32,000 nt of DNA. It comes from Gemmata obscuriglobus. GTDB taxonomy: Bacteria; Planctomycetota; Planctomycetia; Gemmatales; Gemmataceae. The DNA is taken from contig NZ_CP042911.1 in assembly GCF_008065095.1 (NCBI RefSeq), forward strand, positions 5,280,001-5,312,000, given 5' to 3'. The notes beneath the pieces are model-generated. The model searched no databases and was not told the DNA's origin. It saw nothing but the letters and a program-made list of their open reading frames with translations. Made by a program: the position numbers and the translations under genes. Positions 1 through 8,680 of the stretch are shown here, one piece after another (the first letter of the stretch is position 1; each line of letters opens with the position of its first letter).

Positions 1-428
1 TGCGGGGCGCACAGGCGACTGCGGTCGCCGTGTTCCTGGCACGCACCGGAAAATCGAAAGACGAGATCCGCTCGCACATCGAATCGGAGTTCGGTTACGA
101 CCTGAGCGCCCGGCTCGACGACATCCGCCCGGGGTACGCGTTCGACGTATCGTGTCAGGGGTCGGTGCCGCAATCGCTCGTCGCGTTCCTCGAATCGGAG
201 AGCTACGAGGACGCGGTCCGCAACGCGATCTCGCTCGGCGGCGACGCCGACACGATGGCCGCCATCGCCGGGGCCGTCGCGGAAGCGTTCTACGGCGGGG
301 TCCCGGAGCACATCGCCGCGCCGGCGCTGGAGCGGCTCGACGGCCGGCTCCGGGCGATCGTGAACGAGTTCAGCCGCGTGTTCGGACACAAGATCTGGCA
401 CAAACCGCCCCGGAAGACGCACTCATGA
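1..428 (+). CDS. ADP-ribosylglycohydrolase family protein, C-terminal part (5' end lies outside the window)
   Basis: The frame is open from the window edge to TGA at 426-428. The C-terminal motif LGGDADTMAAIAGAVAEAFYG matches the GGD(T/A)DT..aI.G...GA..G signature of the ARH/DraG family. The stop overlaps the next gene's start (ATGA). Confidence 0.8.
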   Translation, partial: RGAQATAVAVFLARTGKSKDEIRSHIESEFGYDLSARLDDIRPGYAFDVSCQGSVPQSLVAFLESESYEDAVRNAISLGGDADTMAAIAGAVAEAFYGGVPEHIAAPALERLDGRLRAIVNEFSRVFGHKIWHKPPRKTHS

Positions 429-1168
429 TCGTGACCGACTCCGCACTCGACATCGACACCCCCACCGGGCCGATGCGGACGTACTTCTACGCCCCGTCGG
501 AACCGGGCCGCCCGCCCGCGCCGCGCCCGGGGCTGGTGCTGTACTCCGAGATCTTCCAGCAGACCCCGCCGGTCCGCCGGTTGGCGTTCAACTTCGCCAG
601 CGCGGGTTATCTGGTCGCGGTGCCGGAGGTGTACCACGCCCACGAACCGGCCGGGTGCGTGCTCGGGTACGACGACCCCGGCAAGAACCGCGGCAACGCC
701 CTCAAGCAAATCATCCCGATGAGCGACTTCGACGCGGACGCCCGCGCCGCGGTGGACGCCCTCAAGGCGCACCCGGGTTGCACAGGAAGCGTCGGGGCGG
801 TGGGCATCTGTCTCGGCGGGCACCTCGCCTTTCGCGCCGCGCTGCTACCCGATGTGAAGGCCGCGGCGTGCTTCTATCCGACGGACATTCACTCCGGAAC
901 TCTTGGCAAAGGCGGAAGCGATTCGCTCGCGCGAGCGAAGGACGTGCGGGGCGAGTTGCTGATGGTGTTCGGCCGGCAAGACCCGCACGTTCCGCGCGAG
1001 GGCCGGCGGCTGATCTACGATACACTCACCGACGCCGGCGTGTGGTTCACCTGGCACGAGTTCAACGCCGCGCACGCGTTCCTGCGTGACGAGGGGGAGC
1101 GGTACGACCCGAGCGCGGCGCGTTCCGCACTCGGGCTCGCCACCGACCTGTTCCGGCGAGCGTTGTGA
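425..1168 (+). CDS. Dienelactone hydrolase family protein
   Basis: ATG at 425 lies within track ORF 152-1168. The upstream Arg-rich extension looks spurious. About 247 aa with an alpha/beta-hydrolase layout and the nucleophile motif GICLGGH (the G-x-C-x-G of DLH). Later D and H residues are plausible triad members. Confidence 0.85.
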   Translation: MIVTDSALDIDTPTGPMRTYFYAPSEPGRPPAPRPGLVLYSEIFQQTPPVRRLAFNFASAGYLVAVPEVYHAHEPAGCVLGYDDPGKNRGNALKQIIPMSDFDADARAAVDALKAHPGCTGSVGAVGICLGGHLAFRAALLPDVKAAACFYPTDIHSGTLGKGGSDSLARAKDVRGELLMVFGRQDPHVPREGRRLIYDTLTDAGVWFTWHEFNAAHAFLRDEGERYDPSAARSALGLATDLFRRAL

Positions 1169-1192
1169 TTCGGCTTTGAGGTATCTCTGTCG

Positions 1193-1221
1193 GTAGACCG
1201 CGCCGTTCCGGCGCGGTCTAC
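1193..1221 (+). terminator. Perfect 12-bp stem / 5-nt loop hairpin downstream of the dienelactone hydrolase gene
   Basis: GTAGACCGCGCC-gttcc-GGCGCGGTCTAC, read directly, 25 nt after the stop at 1168. No U-tract follows, so an intrinsic-terminator function is inferred only. Confidence 0.45.
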
Positions 1222-1337
1222 AAGAATCCGATCAACTCACGAGCAAGTCTGACGCCACCACTCTGGGTGGGGGCAAGGAGCGCCCAATGCGCCGTCCGTT
1301 TCAGATGCGGTCGCGTGCGAAGTGACACGCCGCGGGC

Positions 1338-1634
1338 TCACCGGCTCCGCCCCGCCGCCTCCGGCTCGGCCCGCTTCAGGTCGTACTCGTACTCGCCGTA
1401 CTCGGCCGCGTGCTTGCCCTTCTCCGTCAGAGAGTAGGTGGCGTCGAACGGTTCGTCCTCAGACCCGGCCACGCGCTCCAACAGCCCTTCGGTCACCAGC
1501 GCCGTCAGGAACGAGCCGTCCTTGGTGTTGCGGGTCGGGGCCAGCCGGAGCGCGCGACCGGTGAGGGGCTTCTTGCTGCGCTTGGCGGTGCGGAGCACTT
1601 GCCACGTGAAGTGGGACGTAGGGCGTACGGGCAC
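1338..1634 (-). CDS. Small hypothetical protein, possibly winged-helix DNA-binding
   Basis: 98-aa ORF with a GTG start preceded by GGGAGAG. The composition is not Arg/Pro-skewed like the antisense artefacts. The segment SFLTALVTEGLLERV...YSLTEKGK resembles a wHTH recognition helix plus wing. No family was recognised with certainty. Confidence 0.45.
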   Translation of the reverse strand: MPVRPTSHFTWQVLRTAKRSKKPLTGRALRLAPTRNTKDGSFLTALVTEGLLERVAGSEDEPFDATYSLTEKGKHAAEYGEYEYDLKRAEPEAAGRSR

Positions 1635-1792
1635 GGGAGCTCTCCCTGCGAGGCGTAAAAAAATGGGTTGTAGCGAACGCGAGTCAGACAGTGGACCAGA
1701 GCGAGTTATAGACGACTTTAACTCCCGACCGCTCTGAGGGCAAGGGACAGATGACGGAACACTTCTTTTTTTCCCTACACGCCCCGGTTACT

Positions 1793-2791
1793 TCACCCGC
1801 CGAGCTTTTTCCCCCGCGTCACCTTCGTGTACGCCTCCGCCGCGTCCTTGATGAGTCGCCCGTACTCCGCCTCCTTTCCGCGCCCGTTGTAGCACCCCGC
1901 AAACAGCGTAAAGTCGTTCTCTTTTAGCCCCTTCAGACAGTTCGGGTGCGTCTTGATGAACGCAATAATGCCGTCCAACTGGGGCTCGATGCCGCGGTCG
2001 AACGCCTTCACCATCTCTTCGACAGTCGCGTAGCCGACCGTTTTGTGGTTAAAGCCCATGATCTGCCCGGCGCCGTAACTCGCGGATTTCAGCGCCGCGG
2101 GTTTGTCCAGCGTCTGCGCGAACTCCAGCACCTCCCACTCGCCGGCCTGGTTTTTGTGCTCGTCGACCCACGGGCCGGCGGCGGTTTTGCGCCACTGGTG
2201 CCCGAGCCAGCCCTTGTCGGGGTTGAACTTGAAGTGCGCGTCGAACGTGTCCTTGTGCGCCTTCCCCCACTGGCCCCAGAACGTATGGTTCTCGAACCGG
2301 ACGATGGTTCGCCCGTCCGGCCCGAACCCGCGCCCGCCGGACTCGACCTTCAGCACCGCCGCCAGCGCCGCGGGCGACGCCCCCAGTTCCTTGGCCCGGT
2401 CGAACAGGTATTTGCCGCGCGCGTTGTAAATCGACCCCATCACCGCTTCAAGGCCCTTGAGCGGTTCGGTATCGACCTCGTCACCCGGCGCCATCGCGGG
2501 GTCGAACTCCTTCGGGCTGCCGAGGTTCGTTTTCGCGGTCCAGCCGTACACCGTTTTCGCACCGCCGCTCTGCTGCACCTTCGCGTAAACCTTCCCGTCA
2601 ACCGTTTTCTCTTCGAGCACCGTAACACGACCGCCATACGGAGCGCGTTTACCGCTCGGCGCGAGTTTGGGCGGGTCGGTGCGGACCTGGGCGTCCATCC
2701 CGATGACGGCGAACTCCGGGGAGGGATCGGCTCCCGAGGCGGACGCGCACGCCCCCGCCAGAACCGCACCGAGCAAAAGGAACCGATTCAT
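1793..2791 (-). CDS. Secreted N-acetylmuramidase-family (PF11860-like) peptidoglycan hydrolase with an N-terminal SH3-like or unknown domain
   Basis: ATG at 2791 is preceded by AGGAGA. The signal peptide is MNRFLLLGAVLAGACASASG. The C-terminal part contains ASYGAGQIMGFNHKTVGY and FAGCYNG, typical of the Muramidase (DUF3380) family. The rest of track ORF 1793-4120 upstream of this ATG is Arg/Gly-rich junk that overlaps the next gene. Confidence 0.8.
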   Translation of the reverse strand: MNRFLLLGAVLAGACASASGADPSPEFAVIGMDAQVRTDPPKLAPSGKRAPYGGRVTVLEEKTVDGKVYAKVQQSGGAKTVYGWTAKTNLGSPKEFDPAMAPGDEVDTEPLKGLEAVMGSIYNARGKYLFDRAKELGASPAALAAVLKVESGGRGFGPDGRTIVRFENHTFWGQWGKAHKDTFDAHFKFNPDKGWLGHQWRKTAAGPWVDEHKNQAGEWEVLEFAQTLDKPAALKSASYGAGQIMGFNHKTVGYATVEEMVKAFDRGIEPQLDGIIAFIKTHPNCLKGLKENDFTLFAGCYNGRGKEAEYGRLIKDAAEAYTKVTRGKKLGG

Positions 2792-2898
2792 CCGACCGTC
2801 TCCTGTTGTGAACCCGGGTAGCGGCCCCGGTTCTGCTCCGCATCGCATCACCATCTTCTTGACCGGCCCGCCCGTGCGGGGGGCCGGTCCGGCGCCGG

Positions 2899-4470
2899 TC
2901 ACTTCTTCACCCGGTACGCGTGAACCAGCGGGTGCATCTCGCGCCCCACTTGGTACGCGCCCCCGCGCATCACGTACAGCGTGCGTGTCTCCTCTTCGAA
3001 GCACGCGCCGAACGCCGTCCCGACCATCCCGACGTCGGCTCGCACCAGATACGGGCCGGTCACACCGACCGGCCGCGTGCCCTTCGCGGTCTCGCCTAAT
3101 GAGCGGGAATCGTAGAAGTACCAGTACTGGGCCTCGCCCGCGTTGCCGATGTGCCCGTAGTCGTACCCGAGCCGGCCGGTGCCCAGCTTCGCGAACGCGA
3201 TGTAGCCCTGTTTGTCGGCAAGGTCGATCAGCACCCCCGCCCGGCAGTGGTCGCAGTAGGTCCAGGCGCCCGCCGCGCGGCTCGTCGGCTGGTCGCTCCA
3301 GAACGCACAGTTCGCGTTGAAGTAGTCGCCCGGGCGCGGGGCGGGCACAGTTGGTGCGTACCCGAGCAGCGGCACCACGTCGGCCTGCCCCTTGGCGGGG
3401 TCGGGCTTCGCAACGGCACCGAGCGCCGGCCCGCGGCTGCACGGCTCGGCGATGCTGTAATACCCCCCGAACCCGACGCCGAGGGTGGCCCCGCCCGTGT
3501 ACGTGTCGGCGAACGACTTCGGCAGCCGCGTCGCCCCGCCCCAGAACCACTTCTGCCGCGGCAGCGTCCACGAACCGGCCGGCGCTACCGTGCCGTCTTC
3601 GCTCAGCTTCGACGCGTTCAGAACGGGCAGATCGCCCCCGGTCCAGTACCCGTGGTAGTACGTCCAGTACATCACCTGCCGCTCGTCGTCCCAGACGAAC
3701 CCGCCGTTCGCCCCTTGCTTCTTGTCTTTGCTCGTGAGATGGCCCCACTCTTTTTTCACGGCCGCGGTCTTGAGCGGCGCGGCGTCGCCCTTCTCGAACT
3801 TGACCGGGTCCGGGATGTCCGTCTCGAACATCACGGTTTCGGGGTGGGTGTAGTTCATGAACAGCCGCCGGGAGCCGTCCTTCAGGGTGCGGAGCGCGAG
3901 CCCGCTCTCGGAGAATGCGGCCCCGCCCTTCCCGACCGTCTCCGGCAGCTTGAACGACCCGAGGTATTCGAAGTCGTCGAACGTGAGCGGGCGCTTGCCG
4001 CCCGCGTCCGGCCCCCGCGCGGCCAGCGCCTCGTCCTTCGCGTCCGGGCGCTTCAGCACCGTGATTTCGAGCTTGGGCGTGGTCTCGCCGACCGCCCCCT
4101 GCGGGCCGTGCACGCGCCACTGAAAGTTGTGCTTACCGGGCTCGCTCGGCGCGCGCAGGTACGACGCGTACGTGATGTCCTGCCCCGGCGCCACGACCAC
4201 GCCCTGTCCCTGGATGAAGAAGTTGGTCCCCCAGGTGAGGTTGTCCGCGGGCTCGGCCGAGTGCAACGAACTCGGGACGACGTCGCGCGCCTCTTTCCAC
4301 GTCTGGGTGCCGGTGTTGCGCATCGTCACCTTCGCGACGAACACCTGATCCGCGGTGACCTCTTTCGGAACCTCCATCTTGATGTATTTGGCGTCCCACT
4401 CGGGCTTCTGAGCGCTGGCGGTCGGCCCCGCAAGTGCGAGCAGCGCGACGGCGAAGCACATGCGACTCAT
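2899..4470 (-). CDS. Secreted hypothetical protein with an N-terminal NBR1-like Ig beta-sandwich
   Basis: ATG at 4470 is preceded by AAGGAG. The signal peptide is MSRMCFAVALLALAGPTASAQ. Residues about 25-150 (KVTMRNTGTQTWKE...GKHNFQWRV) resemble the bacterial 'Ig-like domain from next to BRCA1' fold. I did not recognise the remaining ~380 aa, which are Trp/Tyr/Gly-rich. Confidence 0.75.
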   Translation of the reverse strand: MSRMCFAVALLALAGPTASAQKPEWDAKYIKMEVPKEVTADQVFVAKVTMRNTGTQTWKEARDVVPSSLHSAEPADNLTWGTNFFIQGQGVVVAPGQDITYASYLRAPSEPGKHNFQWRVHGPQGAVGETTPKLEITVLKRPDAKDEALAARGPDAGGKRPLTFDDFEYLGSFKLPETVGKGGAAFSESGLALRTLKDGSRRLFMNYTHPETVMFETDIPDPVKFEKGDAAPLKTAAVKKEWGHLTSKDKKQGANGGFVWDDERQVMYWTYYHGYWTGGDLPVLNASKLSEDGTVAPAGSWTLPRQKWFWGGATRLPKSFADTYTGGATLGVGFGGYYSIAEPCSRGPALGAVAKPDPAKGQADVVPLLGYAPTVPAPRPGDYFNANCAFWSDQPTSRAAGAWTYCDHCRAGVLIDLADKQGYIAFAKLGTGRLGYDYGHIGNAGEAQYWYFYDSRSLGETAKGTRPVGVTGPYLVRADVGMVGTAFGACFEEETRTLYVMRGGAYQVGREMHPLVHAYRVKK

Positions 4471-4896
4471 GACGGGTTCTCCTTGCGGACGGCTCGACGG
4501 TAACAAGGCCGCGCGAACCGTTGCGGCCCCGGCGCCCGAGGCGTATCCTATTCCGAACAGAGCGCCGAAGCCTCGTCGCCGGAATTCTCGTCACGATGCC
4601 GTTCCAACGCCCCAACGCCGGCACCCAACGCGACGAGTTCGCACTCGTCGCGGTGCCGGTCTTCGCGGTCGAAGACACGGGCTTCACCTGAGTGCGGGCC
4701 GTGTAGCCGCGGCTGATGCGCGGTCACTCTCGAAACGGTCCGTTTCCCAACAGCACCCGAACGCTCCTTCCCCAACCTTCTCCAAGCAGGAAGGTGGGAG
4801 CCAACGCCCGCGCCGCGCGAAGCGAGCGGCAGGCGCGGCAATCGGATTTCGGCACGCTCGTTTACGGGAACTGATTCCTTCCCCTTGAGCGCACGG

Positions 4897-5118
4897 ATGA
4901 ACGACGAACCCGATTGGGACGCCGGCGGCATGGGCTGCGGCGAGCTGGTCATGCTGCTCCGGATGCGGTTACTGCCGCTCGCGCCGGGCACACGGTTCAC
5001 CGTGCGCGCGACCGACGCGGCGGCGCCGGAAGACATCCCCGCCTGGTGCCGGCTCACCCGGCACGCGCTCGTTTCGGCCCGGCACCCGATTTACGTCATC
5101 CAGCGAAGGGAGAACTGA
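4897..5118 (+). CDS. TusA-like sulfur-carrier family protein (variant C-G-x-L/G motif instead of C-P-x-P)
   Basis: 73 aa from ATG 4897 (the track ORF starts at an upstream TTG at 4885). DAGGMGCGELVMLLRMRL...RFTVRATDAAAPEDIPAWCRLTRHALV aligns position by position with TusA/SirA (LD..G..CP.P.....................D......DI..........L). The candidate active Cys codon is at 4936-4938. Confidence 0.75.
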   Translation: MNDEPDWDAGGMGCGELVMLLRMRLLPLAPGTRFTVRATDAAAPEDIPAWCRLTRHALVSARHPIYVIQRREN

Positions 5119-5119
5119 C

Positions 5120-5482
5120 ATGCCCGGCAAATTCTGCATCAACCTGACCTGCGCGAAGGACAACCCCGACAAGGCCACCGTGGCGTTCGTGGTGGCCAAC
5201 GCGGCCGTCGCGTCGGACCAGGAAACCGTCGTGTTCCTCAGCACCGAGGGCGTCCGGGTCGCGGTGGCCGGGTACGCCGATGAAATCGCCGAAGAGGGCT
5301 TCGCCCCGCTCAAGGAACTCATGGCGAACTTCGCAGCGGCCGGCGGAAAGATCTACGTCTGCTCCCCGTGCTTCAAGAAGCGCAAGCTGGACGAGACCGC
5401 GCTGGTCGCAGGCGCGGTCATGGTCGGTGGGGCGAAGCTGGTGGAGTTCATGAGCACGGGCTGCCCGAGCCTCTCGTACTAG
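5120..5482 (+). CDS. DsrE/DsrF-like family protein
   Basis: ATG lies 1 nt after the TusA-like stop, with a GAAGGGAGA SD-like tract. 120 aa. The NPDKATVAFVVANAA...VVFLSTEGV...GGKIYVCSPC pattern is typical of small DsrE-family proteins. Confidence 0.8.
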   Translation: MPGKFCINLTCAKDNPDKATVAFVVANAAVASDQETVVFLSTEGVRVAVAGYADEIAEEGFAPLKELMANFAAAGGKIYVCSPCFKKRKLDETALVAGAVMVGGAKLVEFMSTGCPSLSY

Positions 5483-5494
5483 CGCGAGGAACCC

Positions 5495-5863
5495 ATGCGG
5501 AACCTGATCCCACTGGCCGTCGCCGCACTCGTAACCGGGTGCGGTGCCCCCGGCCGCCCGGCGTCGGAGGTCGAGCGCGCCCGCGCCGCGGTGACCGCCG
5601 CGCTCGACGGGTGGAAGGCGAACGAGGCCCCCGAGAAGCTCAAGGCGCGCCCGGACCCGGTGGACTTCGCGGACGAGTTGCGCGCGACGCACGCCCTCAC
5701 CGATTACACGGTCGGGAAGGTGGACGGTTCGGACAAGGACGTGGTCCGCGTCACCGTCGTGCTGAAGTTGAAAGACAAGAAGGGCAAGTCGAGCGAGCGC
5801 GAGGCCGTGTACGCCGTCGCACTGCGCGCCCCCGTGGTGGTGTCCCGCGATCCGTACTTTTGA
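5495..5863 (+). CDS. Small lipoprotein, function unknown
   Basis: GAGGA SD, then ATG 12 nt after the DsrE-like stop. The signal plus lipobox is MRNLIPLAVAALVTGC. Confidence 0.7.
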   Translation: MRNLIPLAVAALVTGCGAPGRPASEVERARAAVTAALDGWKANEAPEKLKARPDPVDFADELRATHALTDYTVGKVDGSDKDVVRVTVVLKLKDKKGKSSEREAVYAVALRAPVVVSRDPYF

Positions 5864-5872
5864 GTTCCACCG

Positions 5873-7390
5873 ATGGACTGGTCCGAACGACACACGGTCC
5901 CGCCGGACGCCAGCTTCGACGGCGGCAACCTCGACTGCGGCAACGGGTTGCTCCTGCTGATCCGCCGGCACATCGACCCGCTCACACCGGGTCAGGTGCT
6001 GGAAGTGCGCTCGTCCGAATCGTCCGTGGAAGACGACCTACCCGCGTGGGCGCGGCTCACCGGCAACGCCCTGTTGTCACGCACGCGCTCGGGTGATGTG
6101 CGCAGCTACCTGATTCGCAAAGCCGGCACGGCGTCCAGTACCGCTCCCGCACCGCGCCACCCCGTTGACCGCGAGCGCATTCCGGCGGGACCGTCGCCAA
6201 CCGAAACGGCCGCGGCCCCGGGCACGATCAAGCCCTTCGCTGTGATGGGTGTCGGGAGTTGGCCGCGGCCGGCGTGGCTGGTCCGGGCGCTGCACGAACG
6301 CCTGGCGGGGCGGCTCCCGGAGGACGAGTTCCAGCAGTACGCCGACGACGCGGTCCGGCTCGCGGTCGCGGCCCAGGAGCGCGCCGGCGTTGACGTGGTC
6401 ACCGACGGCGAGCAGCGCCGCGACAACTACGCCAGCTTCGTCGCCACCCGGCTCGACAACTGCCAGCTCATCCCGATCACCGACCTGTTGCCCTACGTCA
6501 CAGACCCCGAACACTTCGCGGAAGAGTTGCGCGCCCTGGATGTGCCTGCCGAAAAGGTGCGTCACCCCGCGGTGTTCGGCCGGCTGGCACGCTCACGCCC
6601 GCTCACGGGTCACGAGTTGAACTTCGCCCGCGCCGTCACGGCGAAACCGGTCAAAGTCGCGCTCCCGGGGCCGTACCTGCTCACACGCACGATGTGGCTC
6701 GAGTGCGTCTCCGACAAAGCCTACCTGGACCGCGAAGCGCTCGCCCGCGACATCGTTTCGGCCCTCCGCGCCGAGGCCAACGACCTCCTCGCCGCCGGCG
6801 CGGCGGTCGTGCAGTTCGACGAGCCCGTTCTGACGGAAGTCGTGTTCGCGCGCCCGACCGCCCGGCAGTCGTTCATGTGCGGCGCGCTGAGCGAGCGCCG
6901 GGCGCTCGCCGAGGAACTCGCGTTCGCGGCGCAGCTCCTTCGCGCGGTGCTGGACGGACTGCCGCGCGAGCGGGTGGCGCTCCACGTGTGCCGCGGGAAC
7001 TGGTCGCGGGACGAGAGCGTCGCGCTGTCCGGGCCGTACACGCCGCTCGTGCCGCTGCTCGCGGAACTGCCGGTCGGCACGCTCTTCCTCGAACTCGCCA
7101 CCCCGCGGGCCGGCGAGTTGGCCCCGCTGGCGGACCTCCCCAAAGGGTGCCGGGTCGGGGTGGGCGTCGTGAACCAGAAGCTCGACCGCGTCGAACCGAT
7201 CGACGAAATCGTGGCGAAGGCGACCGCGGCGGCCGAGCTGTTCGGCCCCGAGCGGGTGCTCCTCAACCCCGACTGCGGGTTCGCCACGTTCGCGGACAGC
7301 CCCGTGTCATCGGCCGGAGTGGCCGAGGCGAAACTCGGGGCGATCGCACAGGCCGCGCGCGTGCTCCGCGCGCGGTACGGGTTGGGCTGA
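5873..7390 (+). CDS. Fusion protein: N-terminal TusA-like domain + P/A/T-rich linker + single-barrel cobalamin-independent methionine synthase (MetE C-terminal / Meth_synt_2) family domain
   Basis: ATG lies 9 nt after the lipoprotein stop. Residues 12-82 are [20 protein letters not shown]...[25 protein letters not shown] (TusA-like; Cys22 codon at 5936-5938). Residues ~125-505 carry the MetE-family motifs [18 protein letters not shown], Zn-ligand-type H371-x-C373 (LHVCRGN), E407 (LFLELAT) and C468 (LLNPDCGF). Confidence 0.85.
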   Translation: MDWSERHTVPPDASFDGGNLDCGNGLLLLIRRHIDPLTPGQVLEVRSSESSVEDDLPAWARLTGNALLSRTRSGDVRSYLIRKAGTASSTAPAPRHPVDRERIPAGPSPTETAAAPGTIKPFAVMGVGSWPRPAWLVRALHERLAGRLPEDEFQQYADDAVRLAVAAQERAGVDVVTDGEQRRDNYASFVATRLDNCQLIPITDLLPYVTDPEHFAEELRALDVPAEKVRHPAVFGRLARSRPLTGHELNFARAVTAKPVKVALPGPYLLTRTMWLECVSDKAYLDREALARDIVSALRAEANDLLAAGAAVVQFDEPVLTEVVFARPTARQSFMCGALSERRALAEELAFAAQLLRAVLDGLPRERVALHVCRGNWSRDESVALSGPYTPLVPLLAELPVGTLFLELATPRAGELAPLADLPKGCRVGVGVVNQKLDRVEPIDEIVAKATAAAELFGPERVLLNPDCGFATFADSPVSSAGVAEAKLGAIAQAARVLRARYGLG

Positions 7391-7434
7391 TCCGCGTCGG
7401 ATCGGCCACAGGATTCGCATCAGGAGGGCTCCCC

Positions 7435-8454
7435 GTGGTTCGGAACTCAAGGTCGAAGGGCTTCACGCTGATCGAGTTGCTCGTGGTGATCGCGATCATC
7501 GCGGTGCTGATCGGGCTGTTGCTCCCGGCGGTCCAGAAGGTCCGGGAAGCCGCCGCGCGGTCGCAATCACAGAACAACCTGAAGCAGATCGCGCTGGCGA
7601 CACGGAGCTTCGAGGCAAACCACGAAACCACCCCGCCGATCTTCGGCCAGCTCCGCGGCAGCGGCACCTCGGGCTCGGTTTTCTACCACCTGCTGCCGCA
7701 CTTCGAGCAGAGCGCGGTGTACAACCTCGGGCCGGACGCCGCCCGGGCGCAGCCGCTCAAGGTGCTGCGGCACCCGGCGGACCGCACGATGACCGGCGAC
7801 GGCGTGTTCGACCTGCCCACGGCCGCGCCCTCCTGGGCCGCCTCGACCGGCACCGCGAACCCGTACCCGGCGTGGGCGAACTCGGCCAACACCACGTGGG
7901 GGCTGAGCAGCTACTCGGCCAACTGGCAGGTGTTCGGCGACCAGGGCGCCCGGCTGACGAAGATCCAGGACGGGCTGTCGAACACGATCATCTTCAACGA
8001 GAAGTACGCGGTCGCGACGCGGCCGAGCGGGAACCCGATGTTCGGCGCCACCCTGTGGGGCTACGGCGTCGACCCGCGGACGATCCCGAACGACTTCACA
8101 CCGGCGCTGGCGGTCGGGCAGTACCCGGGCGACGCGCAGTGGGCAAACGGGTTGGCGGCCACATCGCTGTACGTGAACGGCTACTGGCCGCGCACCGGGT
8201 TCGTGAACAAGGGCGGCCCGGTGACGACCGCGTGGACCGGCACCGCGCCGTGGATGTGCCGGTGCATGTTGCGCCCGGAGTTCGCGCCGCCGCCCAACAA
8301 CGCGCACTGCCTGAAATCGCAGAGCATTAGCTCGTCGGGCATCCATGTGGCGTTCGCCGACGGCTCAGTACGGTTTATCAGTAGCGGCGTGAGCGACCCG
8401 AACTGGTCCGCGGGTGAAACGCCGGCCGACGGCGAAGTGATTGCTCCGGATTGA
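7435..8454 (+). CDS. DUF1559 (H-X9-DG-like) protein with prepilin-type N-terminal cleavage/methylation domain
   Basis: GTG at 7435 lies 7 nt after AGGAGG. The N-terminus [33 protein letters not shown] and the C-terminal [13 protein letters not shown] are hallmarks of this planctomycete family. The upstream 247 codons of track ORF 6694-8454 overlap the MetE-like gene and are Arg-rich artefact. Confidence 0.9.
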   Translation: MVRNSRSKGFTLIELLVVIAIIAVLIGLLLPAVQKVREAAARSQSQNNLKQIALATRSFEANHETTPPIFGQLRGSGTSGSVFYHLLPHFEQSAVYNLGPDAARAQPLKVLRHPADRTMTGDGVFDLPTAAPSWAASTGTANPYPAWANSANTTWGLSSYSANWQVFGDQGARLTKIQDGLSNTIIFNEKYAVATRPSGNPMFGATLWGYGVDPRTIPNDFTPALAVGQYPGDAQWANGLAATSLYVNGYWPRTGFVNKGGPVTTAWTGTAPWMCRCMLRPEFAPPPNNAHCLKSQSISSSGIHVAFADGSVRFISSGVSDPNWSAGETPADGEVIAPD

Positions 8455-8491
8455 GAAGCGTCTGTTGAGGACGGAACGTGCGTTTCTGCAG

Positions 8492-8512
8492 AGCCCGCTC
8501 TGCGAGCGGGCT
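8492..8512 (+). terminator. 9-bp stem / 3-nt loop hairpin after the DUF1559 gene
   Basis: AGCCCGCTC-tgc-GAGCGGGCT followed by GTTGT, 38 nt after the stop. Confidence 0.45.
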
Positions 8513-8680
8513 GTTGTCACCCCGCCAACGGAAATCTCATCCGTGCGCGAAGCCTGACTCGGGAGCGGGCGAACCACCTTGCACACGAGCTTACAGTTCA
8601 CCTGCACCGCCATCACCGGATGAGCAGCGCGTCACAAACCCGACGGTGGTGTCAGGTGCAGTGCCGGGTTCGGCCGGTCT

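Noticed and set aside
2792-4120. The upstream 443 codons of track ORF 1793-4120, which would make the muramidase 775 aa
   Set aside because: That part is Arg/Gly-rich and overlaps the well-supported 2899-4470 gene in another frame. An internal ATG at 2791 with an AGGAGA SD and a signal peptide gives a coherent 332-aa protein. The same logic was applied to 152-424, 6694-7434 and 30481-30642.
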